Below, piece after piece: positions 1 through 8,701 of a stretch of DNA of 26,439 nucleotides. Origin of the DNA: Elusimicrobiota bacterium (GTDB lineage: Bacteria > Elusimicrobiota > Elusimicrobia > UBA1565); NCBI GenBank assembly GCA_043819795.1, contig JBDREN010000153.1:1-26439 (forward strand), read 5' to 3'. The notes under the pieces were generated by a model. The model saw nothing but the letters and a program-made list of their open reading frames with translations. It made no database searches and had not been told where the DNA came from. Numbering within the stretch: the stretch's first letter is position 1; each line of letters starts with the position of its first letter. The position numbers and the translations under genes were made by a program.

Positions 1-205
1 CCGCCTGCCCCGCCAGGATCCCGATCTCGCGGTCCACGCCCGACAGGATCTGGCGCTTCGCCGCCATGTAGTTGGAGACGGCCAGCACCACGACCATCCC
101 CAGCGCCACGGGGATGATGCTGTAGACGATCTTCCTCGCCAGCGAGATGGTGCCGGCGGGCTTCAGCGCGGCCCTCTTCGAGTCTCTCCCGCCCGTCCTT
201 TTCAT
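1..205 (-). CDS. N-terminus of a membrane-anchored sensor-like protein (histidine kinase, MCP or cyclase type); runs off the window
   Basis: Not in the ORF track. ATG at 205 overlaps the upstream TGA (ATGA). It translates as MKRTGGRDSKRAALKPAGTISLARKIVYSIIPVALGMVVVLAVSNYMAAKRQILSGVDREIGILAGQA, i.e. an SLARKI motif, TM1 and an amphipathic helix, typical of periplasmic-sensor proteins. The output domain is not visible. Confidence 0.6.
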   Translation of the reverse strand, partial: MKRTGGRDSKRAALKPAGTISLARKIVYSIIPVALGMVVVLAVSNYMAAKRQILSGVDREIGILAGQA

Positions 206-651
206 TCAGCCACCGTCGTTCTCAGGAGGATCAACACGAACACAACGAGATACGATCCCGACAAGAAGGTGAAAAGCGCCGTCAGGCCGTAGTGGCTCAG
301 CCGGGCCAGCCAGCCTTCAGGCCATATGCGGGCGTACAGCAATACCTGGATGGCACACCGGTAGGCCCAGAAAAGGCCGAGGAAACACACCAGAGAAAGG
401 CCCAGCCTGCCGCCCTGGACGATCTCGTCCGAGGCCACCACGACGACCACGCCCAGGCCCAGGACCGTCAACACGATGGCCCCGCCTATCACCTGGAATA
501 TCCTGCGGTTGATGAGCCTCAACTTCGAAAAGTCCTTTTCCCAATCCAACATCCGGGGGGCGAAAAAGAGAGCGGGGACCTGGCAGAAGTGAAGCAGTCC
601 GGTGAACATGACCAGGTTCCTGAGGGTCAGCAGGTCCTGAATCGTGGTCAT
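202..651 (-). CDS. Hypothetical integral membrane protein (~4 TM, 149 aa)
   Basis: Four hydrophobic segments; ATGA overlaps at both ends; GAGGGG SD upstream. Confidence 0.85.
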   Translation of the reverse strand: MTTIQDLLTLRNLVMFTGLLHFCQVPALFFAPRMLDWEKDFSKLRLINRRIFQVIGGAIVLTVLGLGVVVVVASDEIVQGGRLGLSLVCFLGLFWAYRCAIQVLLYARIWPEGWLARLSHYGLTALFTFLSGSYLVVFVLILLRTTVAE

Positions 652-2186
652 TTCCCCTCCCCGGGTCCGCCCCCCGCCCGGCTCCGCGGGGCCGCCCCCT
701 CTTGCCGGAAAGCGGCCTCCATGAAATAGGGCATGCCGGTAACATAGGGGGTATACTCCAGGTTTTTCCGCAAGCCGTAGGTCCGAATCCGCTGATAGGT
801 GAACAGGCTCAATACGTTCTCGTGGACATACCGGTCCAGTTCCCTCGCCTTGCGCGCATGCTCATCGGGGTCCAGCGTCGTCATCATGGCCTCGAAGCGC
901 TTGTCGTAGTCGGGGTCCTTCATCAGCGAGTACGGAGAGCCTGAGTACAAAAGAATGCTTTGAATAAAAAACGAATGGGCCATCGGATCGGGAATTCCCC
1001 CGATCGCAAGGTCCCATTCCCCGGTCCGCAATTCTGGCAGTATCTCTCTGTCCGATCCGGCTCGAATCTTCAGGACGACCCCGATGTCCTGAAGCTGCTT
1101 CGCGATGATGCGGGCGGTCCTCTCGGCTTGGAGCAGGACCAAAGCCTTCAGTTTGAGCGGGACGACGACGCCGGCATCATTCAAGAGCCTCCGGGCTTCC
1201 CCAGGGGCGTAAGGGTATTGGACCAGACGCGGGTCATGGCCGGTCTCTCCAGGCACAGACATGCTGGCGAGAGGGAGACCGTTGCCGAGAAGATCGTATC
1301 GGATCAGATCCTTCTTGTTCATGCCAAGGTTCAGAGCCAAGCGTACTCGTCGATCGGAAAGCGGCGGCCGGCTCGTGTTGAAAGTGGCGCCGACGGTATA
1401 ATACGTCTTCTGCTTCAAGACCCGGGTCCCGGGATCCTTGGCTACACGTAACGTCGCCGTGCCTGGTAATTCGGTCACCAAGCCCACCACGCCGTCCAAC
1501 AACGCCTGAATCTGGCGTTCGCGAGGAACGAAGCGGAAGCGAACCTCCGAGACAAGCGGGTAACCCTCCCGCCAATAGTCCGGATTCCGCCGGAGGACGA
1601 TCTCCTTGTCATTGTCCCACGATTCGAACCGGAAGGCCCCCGTACCGACCGGAGCCCGGCGAAGGCTTTCGATCCCCTCTTTCTCGCAATGGCGCGGCGG
1701 GATCATAACGATGAACCCGCCCAGGCGGTTGAGGAGCAGCCCGTCCGGCATCCTGGTCTTGAGGTCTACCGTCAGGTCGTCGACCACGACGGCCCGCTCG
1801 ATCGTACTGACATACCCCAGGGCAGGAAAGCCGCTCTTCGGATCCAAATAGCGGTCGATGGTGTAGCGCACGCTCTCCGCGTTGAACGTCTCTCCGTTGT
1901 GGAAACGTACGCCAGCCCGAAGCTTGAAGCGCACCGTCAAAGGGTCGATGCGCTTCCATTCGGTGGCCAGCGCCGGGATGATCCGCCCCTCCGGATCGAA
2001 CCGCACCAACCCGTCGAAGATCTGCTGGACGAGAGTGTGGTTTTTCTCGGAAAATTCTTCCAAGGGGCTGAGGGTCAACGGCTCCTTGACGTCATCGCAC
2101 ACCACCAGCGCGTCCCGCGTGTTGGGCCAGGCCGGACCGATCAGGAGGAAGAACGCGACAACGCTCGCTGACGTTCTCCTTATCAA
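648..2186 (-). CDS. ABC-type solute-binding protein, family 5 (DppA/OppA/NikA-like)
   Basis: Motifs IFDGLVRFD..IIPALATEW, LRAGVRFHNGETFNAESV, PVGTGAFRF, NPDYW, DRRVRLALN. The start is re-called to TTG 2186 (TTGA overlap with the upstream stop, GGGAGG SD), followed by a signal-peptide-like segment. Confidence 0.9.
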   Translation of the reverse strand: MIRRTSASVVAFFLLIGPAWPNTRDALVVCDDVKEPLTLSPLEEFSEKNHTLVQQIFDGLVRFDPEGRIIPALATEWKRIDPLTVRFKLRAGVRFHNGETFNAESVRYTIDRYLDPKSGFPALGYVSTIERAVVVDDLTVDLKTRMPDGLLLNRLGGFIVMIPPRHCEKEGIESLRRAPVGTGAFRFESWDNDKEIVLRRNPDYWREGYPLVSEVRFRFVPRERQIQALLDGVVGLVTELPGTATLRVAKDPGTRVLKQKTYYTVGATFNTSRPPLSDRRVRLALNLGMNKKDLIRYDLLGNGLPLASMSVPGETGHDPRLVQYPYAPGEARRLLNDAGVVVPLKLKALVLLQAERTARIIAKQLQDIGVVLKIRAGSDREILPELRTGEWDLAIGGIPDPMAHSFFIQSILLYSGSPYSLMKDPDYDKRFEAMMTTLDPDEHARKARELDRYVHENVLSLFTYQRIRTYGLRKNLEYTPYVTGMPYFMEAAFRQEGAAPRSRAGGGPGEGK

Positions 2187-3241
2187 CGTTTCCTCCCGAC
2201 CAACAGCATCGTCGCGTTCGGCGCTTCCGGACAGATATCCCATTTCCGGATGCCTCCCAGTCCCGCCTGACGCATCCAGTCCTTGTATTCTTTCTCCTTG
2301 TAGACCCGGCCGGCGCGCGTGGATACGAGCATATGCAGAGAGAACAGGGCTGCAAAGCGGGGACGAATCCCGTCACGCTTTAGCATGAAGTCATGTATCG
2401 CGACACAGCCTCCCGGCCGCAGAGCCGCACAAGCCTTCGCCAGCAATCTCCGATTCTCCCTCTCCCCCTCGTCATGGGTAACATGCGAAAGCAAGACAAG
2501 ATCATAGCGGCCCCTGCCGAATGAATCCTTGTGATAGCTCCCGGACCTCAGAGTCACCCGCTTGGCGGCGATCTCCGCGGCGAGAAAACGCCGCGTCAGC
2601 CGCAGGGTTTTGGGCAGGTCCAGGACCGTGGCCCGCATCCCGGGGTGGCGGGCGAGCAGAGCCCGCGTGAACGTCCCCGGGCCCGCGCCCACATCCAGCA
2701 GCCGCTGGGCGCGGCGCAGTGGGATGCGTTCGGCGACGGCTTGCGCGGGCTTCTGCGCGATGTTACTCATGCCACGGATGTAGTCCCGCACGAACGACCC
2801 CCCTGCCCGGGACAACAGCTTGTCGAGAGGCGTCTCGACGCGGCCGCTGCGCAGCACATGCCCCAACCGCCCCCAATTGCCCCACAGCAGGTCCTGGTAC
2901 CTCATATTGTCGCCCAGGTAGTCCGGCTTCCCCTGCACGAGATAGCGCTCGCTGATCGACGAGTTGTGGTAGCCTCTCCCATCCTTGCGCAAGAATCCCG
3001 TCGCCGCGAGGGCATCCAGTAGGACCTCTGTCGGCCGTTTCTTCGTGCCCATCGAACGGCTAATGGCATCCAGCCCATGGCAGCCTGAGGCGACCACATC
3101 GAAACAATTCAGGCTCGCGGCGGCAAAAAGCGCCTTCGCTGCGCGGTACGCCACCACCAATTCGCCGATTGGGCTTCCAGGCGCCTTGCGAAGGATCAGC
3201 CGCGGCTCTTGATCTGGGGGGGGGCTGTTCCGGTCTGTCAC
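2183..3241 (-). CDS. SAM-dependent methyltransferase, O-methyltransferase family 2 (dimerisation + Methyltransf_2)
   Basis: N-terminal wHTH dimerisation region (LLDALAATGFL..YHNS), SAM motif LLDVGAGPG, VLDLP, LLSHVTHD; GTGA overlap with the upstream gene. Confidence 0.9.
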   Translation of the reverse strand: MTDRNSPPPDQEPRLILRKAPGSPIGELVVAYRAAKALFAAASLNCFDVVASGCHGLDAISRSMGTKKRPTEVLLDALAATGFLRKDGRGYHNSSISERYLVQGKPDYLGDNMRYQDLLWGNWGRLGHVLRSGRVETPLDKLLSRAGGSFVRDYIRGMSNIAQKPAQAVAERIPLRRAQRLLDVGAGPGTFTRALLARHPGMRATVLDLPKTLRLTRRFLAAEIAAKRVTLRSGSYHKDSFGRGRYDLVLLSHVTHDEGERENRRLLAKACAALRPGGCVAIHDFMLKRDGIRPRFAALFSLHMLVSTRAGRVYKEKEYKDWMRQAGLGGIRKWDICPEAPNATMLLVGRKR

Positions 3242-4290
3242 GACTTGCGGCCGATCATCATAGAGTAGGGGCCGCCAAGCGATACATGGCGGATGTGCTC
3301 GAACCCGACGTCTCCCATCCAGGTCCGAAGCTCCGCCGCCGAGAAATTCCGTCCTTCGGGAGTCTCGATCATCATGTCAAGGGACATCAGAAGGCCAAAG
3401 GCGCTCGTCCGTCGCTCGTCGTCGATGAGCGCCTCGATGACCAGCAGATGCCCCCCCGACGGCAAGGCGCCAAACGCGCGAGACAAAGCCCGCACCCGGT
3501 TGTCCGGACTTATCCCGTGCAGAAGATGGCCCATCGCATAGACGTCAGCGGGCGGTAAAGCGTCCTTGAGGCAGTCGCCTGCGTGAAACCGCACCTTTTG
3601 CGCCAAACCTTGGCGCGCGATGTATTCCCGGAACACGGGCTCGACCGGCGGGAGGTCCAGATTGACGCACTCGACATGCGGGTGCGCCCGCTGCACGGTG
3701 GCGCAGAGGGTGCCGGGGCCGCCTCCCAGATCACAGAACCGTTTGACGGCCCGGAAGTCGAAAGAACGAGCCACAGCCATCGAGGAGCCCGCAGATAGCC
3801 CGATCATCGCTTTGAGGAAGACATCCCGCTTCGTCGGCTGCGCATAGATGACGTCCAGAATCCACCCGCCCCCTTCCCGCGTTTCGTTCTGGGGAAGGCC
3901 GGTCCGGAGAGCCTCCTCGAAACGCCCCCAGAACTCCCAAAGGCGGTCGTTGGCGTTGAGGAGCATGTCCCCCAGATAGGCCGGGGAGTTGCCGTCCAGG
4001 AAGAAGGCGGACTCCCGGGTGTTAGCGTAGGCGCCGTCTTTCCGCTCGAGAATATTGAGGGCGACCAGCGTGTCCAGGAAGTCGCGAGTACCGCGAGGGT
4101 GCAGGCCGAGCCGGTCCTGTATCTTCTCGGCCTTCATCGACACCGGACCCAAGACGCTGAAGAGATCCAGCTTCACCGCGGCCAGTAAGACCTTGCTCGC
4201 CCAGAATCCCATCCCAATCTGGAGTAGATGCTCCGGACTTAAAGACGGCTCGGCTTTCGGCTTCTCCAGGGTCTCCATGTCAGTGTCCAT
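3238..4290 (-). CDS. SAM-dependent methyltransferase, O-methyltransferase family 2
   Basis: GFWASKVLLAAVKLDLF, RDFLDTLVAL, DLGGGPG, NLDLP, FGLLMSLDMMIET. The start is ATG 4290 or 4278, not the track's 4368, which lies deep in the upstream gene. Confidence 0.92.
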   Translation of the reverse strand: MDTDMETLEKPKAEPSLSPEHLLQIGMGFWASKVLLAAVKLDLFSVLGPVSMKAEKIQDRLGLHPRGTRDFLDTLVALNILERKDGAYANTRESAFFLDGNSPAYLGDMLLNANDRLWEFWGRFEEALRTGLPQNETREGGGWILDVIYAQPTKRDVFLKAMIGLSAGSSMAVARSFDFRAVKRFCDLGGGPGTLCATVQRAHPHVECVNLDLPPVEPVFREYIARQGLAQKVRFHAGDCLKDALPPADVYAMGHLLHGISPDNRVRALSRAFGALPSGGHLLVIEALIDDERRTSAFGLLMSLDMMIETPEGRNFSAAELRTWMGDVGFEHIRHVSLGGPYSMMIGRKS

Positions 4291-6034
4291 CCGATTTGAA
4301 GAATCGCTCCAATGTCTCAAGCCGCATGCCCATGGGCGGCATGGCCTCGCAGTCGATCCGTGCGTCAACGACCGTCGGCCGCCCCGAGTCGATCCCGCGG
4401 CGCACGGCTCTCTCGACTTCGCCGGGTCTGTCGGCGCGGATTGCTAAAGCGCCCATGGCCTCGGCCAGCTTCACCACATCGAGTCGGTGGCGAAAGAGCG
4501 AACTATTGAACTTCCCCTTGAACTGCAGCGTTTCGCCCAGACGGACCATCCCGTGGCCGCCGTTGTTCTGCACCACCCAGACCACGGGGACATCGTTCTC
4601 CACCGCCGTATGGACCTCCATCCCGTTCATCGCGAAAGCGGCGTCGCCCACGAGAGCGGCGACCGGACGGCCGGGAGCCGCCAGCTTGCCCCCGACAGCG
4701 GCTGCCGTTCCATGTCCCATCGACGCGAAGCCCATATTAAGGACAAACGTGCCCGGTCCGCGCGTCAGGTAGTAATGAATCGCCCAGGACATCACGTTGC
4801 CGATGTCCACGAAGAGGATCGCGTCGTCGGGCAGCGCGCGCCGCATCTCCGCCACGACGCGCTGGGGCTTGAGGGGGATCGAGGAGTCCTCCATGGCCCC
4901 GGGATCGATGAACCGCGGATGGCCCCGCTTCAACGCGCGAATGGCCGCGATGCGTTCCGCGCAGTCCGGGACGTCGTCCATCCAGCGCGCATCGCGCTCC
5001 ATCTGGAAGTTGAGCTCAAGGAGGACCTGCCGGGCATCCCCCACCAGGCCGACCTCCACGGGGAAGTTCTTCCCGATCTCGGCGGGATCCACATCGATCT
5101 GCAGCATGCGTTTCCCAGCGATCAGGCGCGCATCCCAAGCGTGGGTGGAGGTTTCGCCGAAGCTCGTGCCGATCACCAGCAGCATGTCGGTTTCGCTGGA
5201 CAGCAGGACGGCGTCCGCCTGCGGAGAGCCCGCGATACCCAGGACGCCGAGCGAAAGGACATGGTCCTCCGGAAACACGCCCTTCGCCCTCGGCGTCGTC
5301 GCCACGGGGATGCCGAGACGCTCGGCCAGGGCGCGCAGCTCGGCGTAGGCGCGCGATAAGTGGACTCCGTAGCCAGCCAAGATGGCCGGCCGGCGCGCCC
5401 GGAGGAGCCCCTTGGCGGCCTCCTTCACGGCGTGCCTGTCGAAATGCTTGCTTTGCGGCCGGAACTGCGCCGGAGCGCTGAGATCGGCCGATACGGATTG
5501 CTTCATCATGTTTGCCGGCAGGCTCAGGTGGACCGGGCCCGGCCGGCCGCTAAGCGCGGTCCGCAGCAAGTGGCGGACCATGTCGGACATCTTCTCCGGA
5601 GACACCAGCATGAGGCTGGCCTTGGTGACGGCCTTGTAGAGGTCCACAATGTCGATGCCCAGGGGGGAGCTCTCCTGAGCCGCGCCTTTTCCGAAAGCGG
5701 AGGTGGCGACCTGGGCGGTCAAGATCAGGATGGGGACCGAGTCGCGCTGGGCGCACGCGATCCCGGTCAGGGCATTCGTGGCCCCTGGGCCCGTCGTGGT
5801 GCAGCAGACGCCCAGGCGCCCGCTGACGCGCGCGTAGCCGTCGGCCATGAACGCGGCGCCTCCCTCGTGCTTGGTCAGTATGGGACGGATCGCACGCCGC
5901 TCGAACATCGCCTCATAGAGCGGCATGAGCGGGCCGCCGGGGATGCCGAAGATGTATTGCGTCCCCTCCGCTTCGATGTATTTGAGTAAAAGCTCGACAG
6001 CAGTCAGCGTCCTCGCCCCAGGCACAGACGGCAT
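4280..6034 (-). CDS. ThDP-dependent enzyme, acetolactate synthase large subunit-like (possible acyloin synthase)
   Basis: IFGIPGG, HEGGAAFMADGYAR (catalytic Glu), TTGPGATN, RPGPVHL, QIDVDPAEIGKN, and ThDP motif GDAAFAM...VVQNN. ATG 6034 has a GAGGAGG SD. Confidence 0.92.
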   Translation of the reverse strand: MPSVPGARTLTAVELLLKYIEAEGTQYIFGIPGGPLMPLYEAMFERRAIRPILTKHEGGAAFMADGYARVSGRLGVCCTTTGPGATNALTGIACAQRDSVPILILTAQVATSAFGKGAAQESSPLGIDIVDLYKAVTKASLMLVSPEKMSDMVRHLLRTALSGRPGPVHLSLPANMMKQSVSADLSAPAQFRPQSKHFDRHAVKEAAKGLLRARRPAILAGYGVHLSRAYAELRALAERLGIPVATTPRAKGVFPEDHVLSLGVLGIAGSPQADAVLLSSETDMLLVIGTSFGETSTHAWDARLIAGKRMLQIDVDPAEIGKNFPVEVGLVGDARQVLLELNFQMERDARWMDDVPDCAERIAAIRALKRGHPRFIDPGAMEDSSIPLKPQRVVAEMRRALPDDAILFVDIGNVMSWAIHYYLTRGPGTFVLNMGFASMGHGTAAAVGGKLAAPGRPVAALVGDAAFAMNGMEVHTAVENDVPVVWVVQNNGGHGMVRLGETLQFKGKFNSSLFRHRLDVVKLAEAMGALAIRADRPGEVERAVRRGIDSGRPTVVDARIDCEAMPPMGMRLETLERFFKSDGH

Positions 6035-6054
6035 GGAGTGACCCTCCTCAGTCG

Positions 6055-6642
6055 CTACTTTACTAGTTCGGCAGAGACTCCCAGCAAGGACAGCACGCGA
6101 CGCGTGAACAGCCTGATGTCGAAAGGCTTGACGTAGAACGCCTCGGTGTGGCGCCGCATGAACTGCAGCTTCGCCGGAGGCAGACGCTTGCCCGTGATCC
6201 CGACCACCTTGATCCCGCGCGTCGCGGGATCCGCCCGCAGCGAAGCCAGCACGCGAGCGCCGTCGACGACCGGCATCACCACGTCCAGGATGATGAGGTC
6301 CGGGGGATCCTTGGCCAGAGCCAGCAGGGCGCCGACCCCGTCCTGCGTCCACTCGACGGCGAACTCGCTCGAGGCCCGCTGCAGGGCCTTCTTGATCATC
6401 CTGCCTACGGCAGGCTCGTCCTCCACGATCAGTATCCGGTTGCTCGGCTCGCGCAGCTCGTCGGAGATCGGGAGCTTGAACTTCTTGAGGAACTCCAAGA
6501 GGTCGCTCTTGCGGATCCGGCGGTGGCCGCCGGGGGTGGCGTAGGCCTCGATCTTGTTCTGCTTGACCCAGCTGATCACCGTGCTGGGATAGACGTCGCA
6601 GAACCGGGCGACTTGAAACGTCGTGTATGTTTTCTCGTTCAT
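6055..6642 (-). CDS. Response regulator with N-terminal excisionase/MerR-like HTH (HTH_17) and C-terminal receiver domain
   Basis: YTTFQVARFCDVYPSTVISW..AYATPGGHRRI is the HTH; RILIVEDE, LIILDVVMP, ITG and KPF are the receiver, with phosphoacceptor Asp, Thr and Lys intact. ATG 6642. Confidence 0.92.
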   Translation of the reverse strand: MNEKTYTTFQVARFCDVYPSTVISWVKQNKIEAYATPGGHRRIRKSDLLEFLKKFKLPISDELREPSNRILIVEDEPAVGRMIKKALQRASSEFAVEWTQDGVGALLALAKDPPDLIILDVVMPVVDGARVLASLRADPATRGIKVVGITGKRLPPAKLQFMRRHTEAFYVKPFDIRLFTRRVLSLLGVSAELVK

Positions 6643-6737
6643 GTCGGCATCCTCAGACAAGCGGCCTCCCAATCCGCCAGTCAAGCGCGAAAAACGGCGA
6701 CGGCGAACCAGGTAAGCGGATATTGATAGCTACTAGA

Positions 6738-6767
6738 AGTCTAACCCACTAAGCTTGACTTGTCAAG
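6738..6767 (-). promoter_or_regulatory. Sigma70 promoter TTGACA-N17-TAGACT with palindrome CTTGAC-TT-GTCAAG over the -35
   Basis: -35 at 6766-6761, -10 at 6743-6738, 17-nt spacer; palindrome at 6754-6767; AT-rich island. Confidence 0.8.
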
Positions 6768-6782
6768 GCCCATTCAGGGGGT

Positions 6783-7688
6783 TTAGAAGCGATGAATGAA
6801 CTGGAGCGTCGTCCTCGAGTAGCGGAATCGGTTGCGCGCATCCAAGTCCGCCGGATGCGAAAGGATGACAAAAACGCCTTTCCCCATATAGGCGAGCGCC
6901 GGCCCCAAGGCGAACGCGCGCTCCCGGGAATTCGTCGCCTTCACCCCGGAGACCCGATCCTCGGTGGCCTGCTGCAGCAGATACCCGCTGACGCCCAGGC
7001 GCAGCTTGGGGTGAACGGCACGAGAGAGCGTATAGTTGAAATGGAATACCTGGCCGGGCTTGATGTTCGTCCGGTCGTTCTCTCCATGGAGTCCGTAGTG
7101 GATACGCCAGCTCGTTTCCCACGGCTCCGCGAACATCCATGTGAAAGCGTAGAACGCCTCCATTGTCAGGATATTGAATCCCGGATTGACCGAATACGCA
7201 GGGTCGAACTTGCCCGTGGGCAACGTCGTGCCGAACTCGAAGCGGTGGAAGAGAGGACGCCCCAACAACGTCGAATCGTTCCACTGGATGAAAGGCCCGA
7301 ACGCGAAGTCTCCGAGACCTCCGGTATTGCCGGTAACCGGGATCGCCCCCAGATTGCCCCGCCCCGCGCCCGCGACAATGGGGAAAGACAGGTCCAGGCC
7401 GAGGTGCCCTCCCAGGATCTTCACAGGCGAAACACATACGAGCTGGTGTATGTTCAATAAGACCGATACGCGGGGCGCTCCGGGGATCGTGTGACCATCC
7501 TTGTCCACGGCCCGGTTCGAGGTGGCGAACTGGACGTAGTCGAGCAGGTAGACACCCTTCGGTATAGGACCGCCGTCGAGGAGGGAGGTCAGGCTGAGGT
7601 TAAGCCCCGGCTGGTTGAAAGCGAATACCAATGAGCCGCTCGTGACGACGAGGACTGAAAGGCAGACGGTTAAGAACACTCGGCGCAT
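6783..7688 (-). CDS. Outer-membrane beta-barrel, SphA/COG4313 ('MetA-pathway of phenol degradation') family
   Basis: Signal peptide, GLGDFAFGP, TLPTGKFD..VNPG.N, GVSGYLLQQ.T.D, FALGP, C-terminal Phe; GGAGG SD. Confidence 0.85.
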   Translation of the reverse strand: MRRVFLTVCLSVLVVTSGSLVFAFNQPGLNLSLTSLLDGGPIPKGVYLLDYVQFATSNRAVDKDGHTIPGAPRVSVLLNIHQLVCVSPVKILGGHLGLDLSFPIVAGAGRGNLGAIPVTGNTGGLGDFAFGPFIQWNDSTLLGRPLFHRFEFGTTLPTGKFDPAYSVNPGFNILTMEAFYAFTWMFAEPWETSWRIHYGLHGENDRTNIKPGQVFHFNYTLSRAVHPKLRLGVSGYLLQQATEDRVSGVKATNSRERAFALGPALAYMGKGVFVILSHPADLDARNRFRYSRTTLQFIHRF

Positions 7689-7715
7689 GGCAATCCTCCG
7701 ATAACGACTGCTGAT

Positions 7716-7729
7716 GCCCCTTCGGGGGC
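7716..7729. other. Intergenic GC hairpin GCCCC-TTCG-GGGGC
   Basis: Perfect 5-bp stem with 4-nt loop between the SDR and channel genes; no U tract. Confidence 0.4.
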
Positions 7730-7748
7730 CAGGGACGCGGATGGAGAC

Positions 7749-8678
7749 CTACGCCCCCGTGACGGGCGACCCGACCGGGGCCTCCGGCCCGGCCGGGCCG
7801 GAGGACATCCCCATGGACCGCATGAACTCGCTTTGACTCTTCTCAGCGGCCTTGTTCAGGTCAGCCACGCCCTTGACGGCGATGGTTCCCACCACGGTCC
7901 TCAGAGGTCTACGACCGGCCGGCGTCTCGATCAACTCCTTGACGGCGTCGGCCACCTCCCGCGGATCGGGCGCACCGGGCCCGGACAGCCTTGCCTCCAG
8001 CTCCGCAAACACTTGCCGGGGGGCCTCGGCCATCGGACCGTATCCCGCCAGCCTCTCCTTTCCGGCCGGCGCCTCGGCCTTTCGCTCGAAACCCGTCAGA
8101 TACGCGCCGGGCTCGACGATGGCCGATTCGATACCGAAGGAGGCGAGCTCGTAGCGCAGCGTCTCGGCGATGGATTCCGATGCGGCTTTCGCCGCGTTGT
8201 AGGAGCCTATAAAGGGGGAGCAAACGCGCGCCGCGGTGCTCGAGATATAGATGAGCAGGCCGGACCTGCGCTCCCTCATGTACGGGAGCACCGCGCGATT
8301 GACTCGAAGGGCTCCGAATACGTTGGCGTCGAACAACCGCCGCACCTGCTCGATCGAGAAAGCCTCCAAAAGGCCTATGGCGAGCACTCCCGCGTTGTTC
8401 ACCACCACGTCGATGCCTCCGGCGGAAGCGACGATCGCCTTGACCGCCGCTTCGACGGAAGCCTCGTCTCGCACATCCAGCTCCAATACCTCGATAGCAA
8501 CGCCCTCGCGCCGGCCCCATTCGCGCGATTCGCGAGCGGCCTTCGCATTCTTGCCGTCCACGCCCCTCATGGTCGCGAAGACTCTGTGCCCGGCCTTGGC
8601 GAGCGTCTGGGCGATCATCTTCCCGAAACCGCTGCTGGCGCCCGTAATTAGCACGTTTAGCCTTGTTGTGTTAGCCAT
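7749..8678 (-). CDS. Short-chain dehydrogenase/reductase (classical SDR)
   Basis: TGASSGFG, LDV, VVNNAG, ISS, YNAAK, VEPG. Confidence 0.93.
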   Translation of the reverse strand: MANTTRLNVLITGASSGFGKMIAQTLAKAGHRVFATMRGVDGKNAKAARESREWGRREGVAIEVLELDVRDEASVEAAVKAIVASAGGIDVVVNNAGVLAIGLLEAFSIEQVRRLFDANVFGALRVNRAVLPYMRERRSGLLIYISSTAARVCSPFIGSYNAAKAASESIAETLRYELASFGIESAIVEPGAYLTGFERKAEAPAGKERLAGYGPMAEAPRQVFAELEARLSGPGAPDPREVADAVKELIETPAGRRPLRTVVGTIAVKGVADLNKAAEKSQSEFMRSMGMSSGPAGPEAPVGSPVTGA

Positions 8679-8701
8679 TTTTGTTTCCCAGAAGGACGTA
8701 G

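Noticed and set aside
4280..6034. Calling the ThDP enzyme ilvB
   Set aside because: No small subunit or other ilv/leu genes nearby and AHAS-specific motifs differ, so the symbol is withheld.
6035..6352. N-terminal extension of the ThDP enzyme ORF
   Set aside because: It overlaps the response regulator in another frame; the SD-backed ATG is at 6034.
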